Shown: positions 26,432-35,669, counted from the stretch's first letter. The stretch: 37,052 nucleotides of DNA from an uncultured delta proteobacterium (GCA_963840855.1 CAWJBB010000090.1:1-37052); one strand, 5' to 3'. Program-made: numbers and translations. Notes: generated by a model from the sequence alone, not told the origin.

Positions 26432-29194
26432 ATGGCCACCAAGAGGTCTCAGGCGAGTGATTTTCATTCGGATCATCCAGTGCTTAGGCCGAAAGCGGGC
26501 TTAAAGATAGAGCGCCATTTTACCCGATCGGGAGTGAGCCCATACGACGAAATTGAATGGGAGCAACGTTCCGCGTCCATTATCAACGAAAAGGGCAAGG
26601 TGGTTTTCGAGCAGGCCAACGTCGATATCCCCAAAGCCTGGTCCTTGATGGCCACCAACGTGGTGGTTTCCAAATACTTCCGCGGTCCCCTTGGCAGCCC
26701 GCAGCGGGAGCATAGCGTGCGCCAAATGATCGGCCGCGTGGTCGATACCATCGCTGGCTGGGGTAAAAAGGACGGCTATTTTGCCACCGAAGAAGATGCC
26801 CAGGCCTTTGCCGACGAGTTGACCCATATCTTGGTCCACCAAAAAGCCTGCTTCAATAGTCCGGTATGGTTTAATTGCGGCATCGAAGAAAGACCGCAGT
26901 GCTCCGCCTGTTTCATTCTGGCGGTCGAAGATACGATGGAATCGATTCTGGACTGGTACCGTAAGGAGGGAATAATTTTCAAAGGCGGCTCGGGTTCGGG
27001 TGTCAATTTGTCAAAAATCCGCTCCGCCAGGGAACAACTCGGTGGCGGCGGGACGGCATCGGGACCGGTGTCTTTCATGAAGGCGGCGGACGCCTCGGCC
27101 GGGGTGATCAAATCCGGCGGCAAAACCCGGCGCGCCGCAAAAATGGTGGTGCTCAATATCGATCATCCGGATGTCGAAGAATTCATCAAGTGTAAGGTCG
27201 AAGAGGAGAAAAAAGCCTGGGCTTTGATTGAAGCGGGTTACGATGCCAGCCTCGATGGGCCGGCCTACGGCAGCGTTTTTTTCCAGAACGCCAATAACTC
27301 AGTGCGCGTCTCCGACGATTTCATGCATGCTGTCGAAGAGGACCGGGAATGGAAGACGCGCTATGTCAAGTCAGGCGAGACCTGCGAGACTTACCGAGCC
27401 CACGACTTGCTCCGCATGATCGCCGAAAGCACCTACTTCTGCGGCGACCCCGGTATGCAATACGATACCACCATCAACGACTGGCATACCTGCGCCAATA
27501 CGGGACGGATCAATGCCTCCAATCCCTGCTCCGAGTACATGCATCTCGATAATTCGGCGTGCAATTTGGCGTCGCTCAACCTGCTCAAGTATCTCCGTGA
27601 TGACGGCGTTTTCGATACCGAGTCGTTCCGTCGCGCCGTCGATATTATTATCCTGGCGCAGGATATTTTGGTAGATAACTCTTCGTACCCAACTGCGGAG
27701 ATCACCGCCAATGCCCACGCTTACCGCGAACTGGGCATGGGATATGCCAATCTCGGCGCTTTGCTGATGTCTCTCGGGTTGCCTTACGACTCGGATGCGG
27801 GCAGAGCGTATGCGAGTGCGGTGACGGCGCTGATGTCGGGAGAGGGTTATTTGCAATCCACGCGGGTGGCGGCGGCGACGGGAGCTTTCTCAGGTTACGA
27901 GAGCAATCGCCAGCCCATGCTGCGCGTCCTCAACAAACATCGTTCCCACGCGCACAAGATTCCCTCGTCTCATGTGCCGTTGGACCTGCTCAAGGCGGCG
28001 CGCGATGTCTGGGACGAGGCTTGTGGGGAAGCCGAGAAATACGGCGTGAAAAATTCCCAGATCTCTGTACTGGCGCCCACCGGCACCATCGCTTTCATGA
28101 TGGACTGCGACACCACCGGCGTCGAACCCGATATCGCGCTGATCAAATATAAAAAACTCGTGGGCGGCGGCCTGTTGAAAATCGTCAACCATACGGTGCC
28201 ACGGGCGCTCAAGCGGTTGGGATACGATGTCAAACAGATCCAGGACATAGTCGAATATATCGAAGAACATGAAACCATCGAGGGCGCGCCGCATCTCCGG
28301 GACGATGACCTCACGGTGTTCGATTGTGCCTTTAGGCCGGCCAATGGCAGCCGTTCGATCCAGTATATGGGGCATATCAAGATGATGGGCGCGGTGCAGC
28401 CTTTCATCTCAGGCGCCATATCGAAGACCATCAATATGCCCAATGAGGCCACCGTGGACGAGATCATGCGCGCGTATATGGAGTCGTGGAAGCTCGGTCT
28501 AAAGGCGGTGGCCATCTACCGAGACGGCTCCAAGCGGACCCAGCCGCTCAACACCTCTAAAGACAAAGAAGAGCAGAAGGCGGCGTCGGTGGAAAACAAG
28601 GAAGCGCGGCCACTGCGCCGCAGGCTGCCGGACGAGCGCCGCTCAATCACGCACAAGTTCGATATCGCCGGCCATGAAGGCTATATCATCGCTGGTATGT
28701 ACGAAGATGGCCAGCCCGGTGAAATTTTCATCACCATGTCGAAAGAAGGCTCGACCATCTCTGGTTTGATGGATTCCTTCGCCACGGCAATTTCCATAGC
28801 ACTTCAATACGGGGTGCCGCTCAGGGGATTAGTCGATAAATTCAGCCATATGCGTTTCGAGCCGTCGGGCTTCACCAAGAATCCTGATATCCCGATGGCG
28901 AAATCGATCATGGATTACATCTTCCGTTGGCTCGCGAGCAAGTTTCTCGACGGCGACGCGCAGCAAGAAGTGGGAGTCGTAATGCGGGACCCGCCGGACG
29001 ACGCGGCGGCCAAAAAGGTCGTGCAGTTGGCGGCACAGGTGCCGCGGGGCGGGGCGCCGATAACCAGCATCAGCAGGATCACGAGCCTCTATCAACAAGA
29101 CGCGCCGCCCTGTCCGGATTGCGGCACAATCATGATCCGCAGCGGCGCATGCTACAAATGTATGAATTGCGGCGCGGTGAGCGGCTGCTCTTAA
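26432..29194 (+). CDS. nrdJ: Vitamin B12-dependent (class II) ribonucleotide reductase with C-terminal TSCPD and Zn-ribbon
   Basis: FNSPVWFN, QCSACFI, GGKTRRAAKM, NPCSEY, CNLASLN, APTGTI, SKTIN, YRDGSK, RRRLPDER, terminal CPDC..CMNCG..GCS. RBS GGAGGAGG. Confidence 0.96.
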   Translation: MATKRSQASDFHSDHPVLRPKAGLKIERHFTRSGVSPYDEIEWEQRSASIINEKGKVVFEQANVDIPKAWSLMATNVVVSKYFRGPLGSPQREHSVRQMIGRVVDTIAGWGKKDGYFATEEDAQAFADELTHILVHQKACFNSPVWFNCGIEERPQCSACFILAVEDTMESILDWYRKEGIIFKGGSGSGVNLSKIRSAREQLGGGGTASGPVSFMKAADASAGVIKSGGKTRRAAKMVVLNIDHPDVEEFIKCKVEEEKKAWALIEAGYDASLDGPAYGSVFFQNANNSVRVSDDFMHAVEEDREWKTRYVKSGETCETYRAHDLLRMIAESTYFCGDPGMQYDTTINDWHTCANTGRINASNPCSEYMHLDNSACNLASLNLLKYLRDDGVFDTESFRRAVDIIILAQDILVDNSSYPTAEITANAHAYRELGMGYANLGALLMSLGLPYDSDAGRAYASAVTALMSGEGYLQSTRVAAATGAFSGYESNRQPMLRVLNKHRSHAHKIPSSHVPLDLLKAARDVWDEACGEAEKYGVKNSQISVLAPTGTIAFMMDCDTTGVEPDIALIKYKKLVGGGLLKIVNHTVPRALKRLGYDVKQIQDIVEYIEEHETIEGAPHLRDDDLTVFDCAFRPANGSRSIQYMGHIKMMGAVQPFISGAISKTINMPNEATVDEIMRAYMESWKLGLKAVAIYRDGSKRTQPLNTSKDKEEQKAASVENKEARPLRRRLPDERRSITHKFDIAGHEGYIIAGMYEDGQPGEIFITMSKEGSTISGLMDSFATAISIALQYGVPLRGLVDKFSHMRFEPSGFTKNPDIPMAKSIMDYIFRWLASKFLDGDAQQEVGVVMRDPPDDAAAKKVVQLAAQVPRGGAPITSISRITSLYQQDAPPCPDCGTIMIRSGACYKCMNCGAVSGCS

Positions 29195-29227
29195 TAACCA
29201 AGTCACAGCGAGAGCTTTAAACAAGCG

Positions 29228-29259
29228 GCGGGCCGGTGGATGCTTCTCCACCGGCCCGC
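29228..29259. terminator. GC-rich hairpin between convergent genes
   Basis: GCGGGCCGGTGGA-TGCTTC-TCCACCGGCCCGC, 13-bp stem followed by TTATTTTTT. Confidence 0.7.
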
Positions 29260-29260
29260 G

Positions 29261-29863
29261 TTATTTTTTCTCCAGGTGAACGATCCCCTTCTCGGTGTCG
29301 ATATCCAAGCGAAAGTTGGTTAGGAAGTTAAGCCCAAGAAGACCCGCGACAGTGGGGTCGGGCATAACGTCGTGCACGGCGGCGGTGAGATTTTTCAACT
29401 CGAGACCCGCCACCGAGATGGAGTCCAGGCTGATCAAAGGAGCTTGGATCATTCCGTTGGCGGTTTGAAACGGCATCGTACGGGTATTTTGGCTCGGGTC
29501 GATATCAAGCTGCTTGGCGGTAGCGCTGGAGATCATGGTGAAACTGGCGCCGGTGTCGAGGACCAGTTTTACCGCGGTTTTGCCGTTCAAGGTCGCGCCG
29601 ACAATGACGACGGAGCCATGCTTCTCAAAGGGGATCGACGCCTTCGTCGGCGCCGCTGCCGGCGGCGGTTGGCTTCGGTTGCCTTCGCTTCCCTGTATGC
29701 GCCTCGCCGTGCCGCGCCGGTTTTCCGGAATGTTGTGTAGATTGTCGGTTAAGTGAACGGTGCCTTTGTCATCCACCCAGCGGTAGAACTCTGCCGCGAA
29801 AACCGGAACAGACACAAGCCAAAGGGCAAACGCTAGGAGCGAACTGCTTCGGACGATTTTCAT
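29261..29863 (-). CDS. Secreted DUF4124 + clan AA (retropepsin-like) aspartic protease
   Basis: Signal peptide, YRWVDDKGTVHLTD (DUF4124), LVLDTGAS, FQTANG, GLLGLNFL. Confidence 0.88.
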   Translation of the reverse strand: MKIVRSSSLLAFALWLVSVPVFAAEFYRWVDDKGTVHLTDNLHNIPENRRGTARRIQGSEGNRSQPPPAAAPTKASIPFEKHGSVVIVGATLNGKTAVKLVLDTGASFTMISSATAKQLDIDPSQNTRTMPFQTANGMIQAPLISLDSISVAGLELKNLTAAVHDVMPDPTVAGLLGLNFLTNFRLDIDTEKGIVHLEKK

Positions 29864-29938
29864 AGATGGTATCTTAACACAACACGCCGGAGGGCGATAC
29901 GCGATTGATCGCCTTGAGGGGAAAGTTCCTTGTCGCAC

Positions 29939-29968
29939 TTGACAATGTTTGGCGGTGGACCATATTCT
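29939..29968 (+). promoter_or_regulatory. Candidate sigma70 promoter
   Basis: TTGACA-18 nt-TATTCT, 10 nt upstream of ATG 29979. Confidence 0.45.
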
Positions 29969-29978
29969 TGTCATTGAA

Positions 29979-30191
29979 ATGGGTCGGCTCATCCAGATCG
30001 AGGAACTACACAAAGCCCGGCGGCGCCGTTCCGAAAAGGTCAGTATGGAACAGTGCGTGGAGCTCTTGGAGTGGAATTTGAAAAAGAGTCTCGACGATTA
30101 TTTTTCATCGCCTCCTGAAGAGCGGTCTATGCGGGCGACTCAGATTCGTAAGCTCAGCGAGATTCTCGAGTACGCTGTCCGGCTGGTCTAG
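29979..30191 (+). CDS. Small hypothetical helical protein (70 aa)
   Basis: MGRLIQIEELHKARRRRSEK..., amphipathic helical pattern, fills the gap upstream of the kinase and follows a promoter-like motif. Confidence 0.55.
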   Translation: MGRLIQIEELHKARRRRSEKVSMEQCVELLEWNLKKSLDDYFSSPPEERSMRATQIRKLSEILEYAVRLV

Positions 30192-30260
30192 ACGCGATCC
30201 AAAAATCGTGAGATTTTTTAGCCGGCAAGTCGTGCAAAGCGACGATTCTCCAAACGACGT

Positions 30261-31697
30261 ATGAGCCTCTTCTCACGTCTGGTGATCGGATTTCTCGTGG
30301 TGTTTGCCCTGGTTTCAGGGGTGAGTCTCTATATCCTCCAAAACCTGCAGCATTTCGACCGCATTACCCGCTCGATCCTTGAGAACGAGATCCGGGTGGG
30401 GGACTACGAGAAGAAATTATCCGACAGCCTAATATCCGAAATTCGCTACGAGCGGAAATACGTGATCGTCCAAGAAGAAGCGCTTTACCGGGAATTTCAG
30501 AAATTCGCCGGGGATTTTCAAAGTGATCTCGACGAAGCGCTCGTCGTGGCGGACGCCGGCGCCGCGCAGATCCTGACTGAAATCAAGCAAAAGCATGATC
30601 ATTACCAGGCAATCATCGACAAAGAACGGGACCATCTAGAGGCTCGCCAAGTTTATCCCCAAGCCCGGTATGAGGCGGAGAAGAGCAAAGTGACCGATGA
30701 AATCTTTGCCGCCTTGGAGCGCATCACGTCATACCGGCAAATGGACACCTATCACAAGATCCGCGAGCTTGCGGACGTAGGCGCGCAGGCGCGCCAGACC
30801 GCGGTTATTATCACCAGCGCCTCGTTGATATTTATCCTGTTGCTTTCGCTGGTGATAACCCGGAGCGTCACCAAACCGATCGGTGCTCTCAAACAAAAGA
30901 CCCAGGAAATCTCTAACGGAAAGTTCGAAGCAAACCTGCGTATTGCCTCGCCGCCGGAACTTCGGGACCTGGCGGCGTCGTTTAATTTGATGTGCCAAAA
31001 ATTGAACGATCTGGAAAAAATGAAGGCTGATTTCTACGCGTCCATGTCCCACGAGCTGCGCACGCCGCTGACTTGCATCAAGGAAGGAACCGGACTATTG
31101 CTCGACGGAGTCGCCGGAAGCACCACTGAAAAGCAGCGAAAACTTCTTACCATCGTCGCCGAAGAAAGCAATCGCTTGATTACTCTGGTCACATCCCTGT
31201 TGGATCTTTCGAAAATGGAGGCGGGGATGATGACCTATGGCTTGGAGAAAAGCGCTCTGGCGCCCCTCATTCACCAGGCGGTGGTTGAAATTGCTCCATT
31301 GATCGAGGCCAAAGAGATCGAGATCGCAACGGAGGTCGCCGCCGAATTACCGCCGGTCAAAATCGACCGCGAGCGGATCCTGCAGGTTCTGCGGAACCTG
31401 CTCGGCAACGCCGCGAAGTTTACACCGAAGTCCGGAAAGGTTAAGGTGAAAGCAAGGACAATTAACAGCGGCATTGAAGTTTCGGTATGGGACACCGGCC
31501 CGGGCATCGCCGCAGAAAATCTCGACGCGATTTTCGAAAAGTTTCAGCAGGGGAGGGCCGACGGCGCGGCTTCGGGGAACGGTACGGGATTGGGTTTGGC
31601 AATCGCCAAACAAATTATCATATCGCATGGTGGCAAGATATGGGCGGAAAATCAGGCGGAACGAGGAAGCACCTTCTTTTTTGTTTTACCTTCATGA
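30261..31697 (+). CDS. Sensor histidine kinase (GlrK/QseE-like; periplasmic helical sensor, HAMP, HisKA, HATPase)
   Basis: Two TM segments, PPEL..LA..FN.M HAMP, SHELRTPL, NLLGNAAKF, DTGPG, GTGLGL. Confidence 0.92.
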   Translation: MSLFSRLVIGFLVVFALVSGVSLYILQNLQHFDRITRSILENEIRVGDYEKKLSDSLISEIRYERKYVIVQEEALYREFQKFAGDFQSDLDEALVVADAGAAQILTEIKQKHDHYQAIIDKERDHLEARQVYPQARYEAEKSKVTDEIFAALERITSYRQMDTYHKIRELADVGAQARQTAVIITSASLIFILLLSLVITRSVTKPIGALKQKTQEISNGKFEANLRIASPPELRDLAASFNLMCQKLNDLEKMKADFYASMSHELRTPLTCIKEGTGLLLDGVAGSTTEKQRKLLTIVAEESNRLITLVTSLLDLSKMEAGMMTYGLEKSALAPLIHQAVVEIAPLIEAKEIEIATEVAAELPPVKIDRERILQVLRNLLGNAAKFTPKSGKVKVKARTINSGIEVSVWDTGPGIAAENLDAIFEKFQQGRADGAASGNGTGLGLAIAKQIIISHGGKIWAENQAERGSTFFFVLPS

Positions 31698-32215
31698 TGT
31701 TCGGCTCGGGCTGCGCGCTTTTTGGCGCGCCAAGCGTCCCAGAGCCGAAGCCTTTGCCGCCGCAGGTGACTATCGAGCGGCTGCCACCCCCCCCGCCCCC
31801 GCCCCCGCCCGCGCCTCCGCCGCCCGCGCCTCCCCCACCTGCGCCGCCGGTGGAACCCAAAGAAATTCGAGAACTACGCGAGGCGGACGCGCACTTGCAG
31901 ATAGCTCAACAATTGCTGGGCAAAGGGGATTATGAAAGCTCATTGAGAGAGAGTCAAAAGGTGCTGACGTTGGCCAAAGACAACGCCCCGGCGGATGCCG
32001 CCGTGTTTCACATGGGACTTATCTACGCCCATCCCAACAATCCGAAAAAGGACAACAAAAGGGCCATCGGGTTTTTCAGCCGCGTGATCAAGAGTTATCC
32101 CGAAAGTCCGTGGGTCGAACAGGCAAAAATTTGGGTCGGTGTACTTGATAGCGTGGAGAAGCTAAAGCGGGTGGATATCGAAATCGAAGAAAGAAAACGG
32201 GACCGCACGAGGTAA
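31640..32215 (+). CDS. Lipoprotein with polyproline linker and TPR-like helices (QseG/YfhG position)
   Basis: MGGKSGGTRKHLLFCFTFMMFGSG-C lipobox, Pro-rich linker, A.F.MGLIYAHP.NP.KD..A..F..YPESPW, terminal coiled coil. Confidence 0.75.
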   Translation: MGGKSGGTRKHLLFCFTFMMFGSGCALFGAPSVPEPKPLPPQVTIERLPPPPPPPPPAPPPPAPPPPAPPVEPKEIRELREADAHLQIAQQLLGKGDYESSLRESQKVLTLAKDNAPADAAVFHMGLIYAHPNNPKKDNKRAIGFFSRVIKSYPESPWVEQAKIWVGVLDSVEKLKRVDIEIEERKRDRTR

Positions 32216-32225
32216 TGCAACGATT

Positions 32226-33650
32226 ATGGCGATGAATAGAATCCTGGTCGTCGATGATGATCCGAATATCATCGAGCTAGTTAAAATGAGACTCGAGTCC
32301 GCTGGTTACGACGTAACCGCCGCTCTGAAGGAAGAGGACGCCATCGACGCGGTCAAGGCAGAGCCGGTGGACCTCTGTTTGTTCGACCTGATGCTGGAAA
32401 ATCGAGATGGCATTTCGCTCATGGAAAGCGTCCATGCTATCACCCCGGATGTTCCGACGATCATACTTACTGCCCATGGCACCATTGAAACCGCCGTGGA
32501 GGCGATGCGCAAAGGCGCTTACGGCTATCTCACCAAGCCGTTCGAACCGCGGGATCTATTGGCGCAGATCGAACGGGCGCTGGAGCACCGCCGGCTCAAC
32601 TCGGAGATCAAACGGCTCAAGGGGCTCGTGGAAGAGCGCTTCGATTTTGCGAATATTGTGGCGCGGAGCGCAAAAATGCGGTCCGTGCTGGACATTGTCA
32701 TGCGCATCGCCAAGCTCGACTCCACAGTTCACGTCCAGGGCGAGAGCGGTACTGGTAAGGAGCTCATCGCCAAAGCCATTCACATAGCGAGCGATAGAAA
32801 AGACCAGAATTTTGTCGCCTTGAACTGCGCGGCGTTGCCTGAATCGCTCTTGGAAAGTGAGCTTTTCGGACATGAAAAAGGCGCCTTCACGGGCGCGGTC
32901 AAAACTACCAAGGGATTGTTTACCCAGGCTCATGGCGGAACTTTGTTCTTGGATGAAATAGGAGACATGCCGCTGGCGACTCAGTCCAAGCTCTTGCGCG
33001 CATTGCAAGAGCGTCAATTTTATCCCGTTGGCAGCCAGGCCCCTGTCGAAGTCGATGTGCGCGTGATCGTTGCGACAAACAAGGATCTTGAAGAGCAAGT
33101 TAAAAAAGGTTTGTTTCGCGATGATCTGTTTTACCGGATTCATGTGATTCCGATTTATCTGCCGCCCCTGCGCGAGCGCAAAGAGGATATCCTTCCACTG
33201 GCTGATCACTTCCTCAAAAAATGCATCGTGCAGATGAAAAGAGATGTCAAGGCGATTGCGCCTGAGGCGTTGAGAAAAATGATGCTCCACGACTGGCCGG
33301 GCAACGTGCGCGAGTTGGAGAATGCGATTGAATACGCCGTGGCCATGACGCAGAAGGACACCATCACCGAAGACTATGTGTTGCCGACGAAGATTAATGT
33401 GCGGGAGGAGGAAAAATCGTCGACACAGGATCGGGCGTCGGCTACGGATGAAATGATCAAGCCTCTCAAGGACGCGCGCGACGCCTTCGAGCGAGACTAT
33501 CTGGTGCAGGTGCTTGCTTTGACGGAGGGAAACGTCAGTCAAGCGGCGAAGCTAGCCGGCAAATACCGTGCGGATTTCTATGATCTGCTAAAAAAACATC
33601 AACTGAAAGTAGATGAATTCAAGAAAGTTAAACCCGCCTTTACGATCTGA
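32226..33650 (+). CDS. Sigma54-dependent response regulator (GlrR/QseF-like, NtrC family)
   Basis: REC (VVDDD, D, TAHG, KP), GESGTGKE, ESELFGHEKGAFTGA, FLDEIG, WPGNVREL, Fis-HTH GNVSQAAKLAGK.R.DFY.LL. Confidence 0.93.
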   Translation: MAMNRILVVDDDPNIIELVKMRLESAGYDVTAALKEEDAIDAVKAEPVDLCLFDLMLENRDGISLMESVHAITPDVPTIILTAHGTIETAVEAMRKGAYGYLTKPFEPRDLLAQIERALEHRRLNSEIKRLKGLVEERFDFANIVARSAKMRSVLDIVMRIAKLDSTVHVQGESGTGKELIAKAIHIASDRKDQNFVALNCAALPESLLESELFGHEKGAFTGAVKTTKGLFTQAHGGTLFLDEIGDMPLATQSKLLRALQERQFYPVGSQAPVEVDVRVIVATNKDLEEQVKKGLFRDDLFYRIHVIPIYLPPLRERKEDILPLADHFLKKCIVQMKRDVKAIAPEALRKMMLHDWPGNVRELENAIEYAVAMTQKDTITEDYVLPTKINVREEEKSSTQDRASATDEMIKPLKDARDAFERDYLVQVLALTEGNVSQAAKLAGKYRADFYDLLKKHQLKVDEFKKVKPAFTI

Positions 33651-34000
33651 TGCCGACTGAACTTTTCAACTTATCGAACTTCGCAGCCAGGTCGTCTTCC
33701 AACATTGTGTTAAGGATGGCGTGAAGAACCCGCATGTTGCCGGGTACTGCGTGCTAATGGGCTTGACCATGCCAAATTGGTTTTCGCATTCGAATTGTTT
33801 GATCCCAATCCAATATGGTTGTAACCGGGTTTGGTTTGTGAAGGACGTAAAGTTTGTTAACAATTAGTTGGTTGAATCCCTCGATTTGTCTTCTAATTTA
33901 CTTCATTGCAGTGAAGGAAATTCCTTCATTCGCTCGTTAACTATTCAACAATGATTTGGTAAAACCCAGAAATACAATTAGATAGAGCTTCATTTTGCCG

Positions 34001-34016
34001 TGGTATGTGATTTGCT
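34001..34016 (+). promoter_or_regulatory. Sigma54 (-24/-12) promoter
   Basis: TGGTATGTGATTTGCT (GG-N10-GC) 33 nt upstream of ATG 34050, in an AT-rich intergenic region after a sigma54 activator gene. Confidence 0.7.
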
Positions 34017-34049
34017 CTAACATTAACCGGCCATTTTGGAGCGAAACTC

Positions 34050-34457
34050 ATGGTAAATCCTCATAGCGTACTTGTCGTCGATGATGACGAGAATCTTGCC
34101 TATACGCTGAGCCTTTTATTGCGTGCCTACGGCTATGAAGGTTTCACGGCTTTTGACGGCTTCCAAGGCTATGTGGAATACTTCAATCATCCGACGGAGT
34201 TCGTGGTCACGGATATTCAAATGCCAGCCATGGACGGGTTCGAGATGATGCGCCGCATTCGCTCTCTTAATCCCAAGGTGAAAACCATCTATGTAAGCGG
34301 CGCGCTCGAGCGTTTCGAAAAAGATGTCGAATCCGAAGGGCATCAGTTCGACGTTGCCGGCCTGCTGAAGCCTGTATCCACAACGGCCTTATTGGCACTG
34401 ATGTCCACGGAATTCGACAAGGCGCAAGCGTCGTACAGGGCAGACTTGGAGGACTAA
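34050..34457 (+). CDS. Single-domain response regulator (receiver)
   Basis: VLVVDDD, VVTDIQMP.MDG, VSG, KP. Confidence 0.9.
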   Translation: MVNPHSVLVVDDDENLAYTLSLLLRAYGYEGFTAFDGFQGYVEYFNHPTEFVVTDIQMPAMDGFEMMRRIRSLNPKVKTIYVSGALERFEKDVESEGHQFDVAGLLKPVSTTALLALMSTEFDKAQASYRADLED

Positions 34458-34580
34458 GCAATCCTCGGGTGCATACAGCCAAAAGGATTTCGGAATAGCC
34501 GCGGGGCGGTAATCATCGATTCAGATGGAAAAGTTAAGCAAAACAAAATAGGTTCAATCAAAGGAGAATTAGGAGGCTAT

Positions 34581-35360
34581 ATGAAAAGATCTAGTGCGAA
34601 TACTGGTTTATTATGGCACAGCGGATTGCTGGTTGCGGCATTTCTTCTGTCCGGCTGTTTGGCAACCCGTGACTGGGTGCGCGGGCAGGTGGACCCGGTG
34701 TCCGGCCGCGTGTCAGAAAGTGAAACCCGGATTGGAAAAGCGGAAGGCCAAATCGGGCAACTGGACGGCAGAATGACTGCCGCCGAGGGCAAGCTAGGCA
34801 GCGTCGAAGGCAAGCTCACGGGCATCGACGGTAAGCTGGGCGAAGTAGACGGGAAAGCGGAGCGGGCGCTGGCAACCTTGGGCAACCTGAAGTTCGAACG
34901 CCGCTTGGTTATTGATATGAAAGACGGCGCCAACTTCGGATTTAACTCCGCGGCACTGCCGCCCCAGGCGAGAAAGGAGATCGATGGTTTTCTAAGCGAT
35001 CTCAAGGGGGATCTGGCGGGTGGAGAAAACGCGGTGTTTCTGGTGGCCGGCCACACTGATAACGCGGGTTCCGAAGACTTCAACTATGAACTCGGCAAGC
35101 GCAGGGCCGATGCGGTTAGCCGCTACCTGGTGACGCAAAAGAAAATGGACCCGCTACGTGTGGTGACTGTCTCCTACGGTGAAAACTCTCCGGCCACCGA
35201 TAATAATAGCCGTGACGGGCGGGCCAAGAACCGGCGTGTCGAAATCCTGATCTACCGGGAAGCGATGAATTCTAACACCGCCGCGACTGCTGCGCCGCAA
35301 CAACAGGAGCAGAAAGGCTCGCAGGTTTCCGATGGCAAACAGGTGACACGCAGTTATTGA
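34581..35360 (+). CDS. OmpA-family peptidoglycan-binding lipoprotein with N-terminal coiled coil
   Basis: Lipobox LLSGC, heptad repeats (E/D)GK(L/I), F.FNSA.L, GHTD.AG..N..LG.RRA..V..YL, SYGE..P, NRRVEI. Confidence 0.9.
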   Translation: MKRSSANTGLLWHSGLLVAAFLLSGCLATRDWVRGQVDPVSGRVSESETRIGKAEGQIGQLDGRMTAAEGKLGSVEGKLTGIDGKLGEVDGKAERALATLGNLKFERRLVIDMKDGANFGFNSAALPPQARKEIDGFLSDLKGDLAGGENAVFLVAGHTDNAGSEDFNYELGKRRADAVSRYLVTQKKMDPLRVVTVSYGENSPATDNNSRDGRAKNRRVEILIYREAMNSNTAATAAPQQQEQKGSQVSDGKQVTRSY

Positions 35361-35388
35361 TAGGCGAAACGCGCTTCGGGGGCGTGGG

Positions 35389-35421
35389 AAAAGGCGGAGT
35401 CGTAAGACTCCGCCTTTTTTT
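35389..35421 (+). terminator. Rho-independent terminator
   Basis: AAAAGGCGGAGTC-GTAA-GACTCCGCC-TTTTTTT. Confidence 0.85.
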
Positions 35422-35669
35422 ATTGGTATAAACGGTTGATGTAGCCGCTGTCCTCAAGTTCGCGTGCGGCGAGCTATCGACCGCCAGCCCGTGTCTTGCC
35501 CAAGCGCCTGATTTATCCGCAACGATCCAAAGCGGGGCGTGGGAATTGGAACGATAAACAAAGAATCATTTGCTATGTAGACTATCCTTCCCGTATTCTG
35601 ACATCGACCTTGGATTGACCGCCTGGGTCGAGACCTGAGTAAAATTTCCTGTGCGGGCAATTCCCGTGC

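Noticed and set aside
26432-29194. Intein or intron in nrdJ, or a cobalamin riboswitch upstream
   Set aside because: The length and continuous motifs fit an uninterrupted class II RNR. The leader is short and occupied by NrdR boxes.
32556-33542. Long antisense ORFs (also 3330-4277, 659-1411, 4384-5097, 19943-20653)
   Set aside because: Shadow or alternative frames of well-supported genes in GC-rich DNA, with no recognisable motifs.
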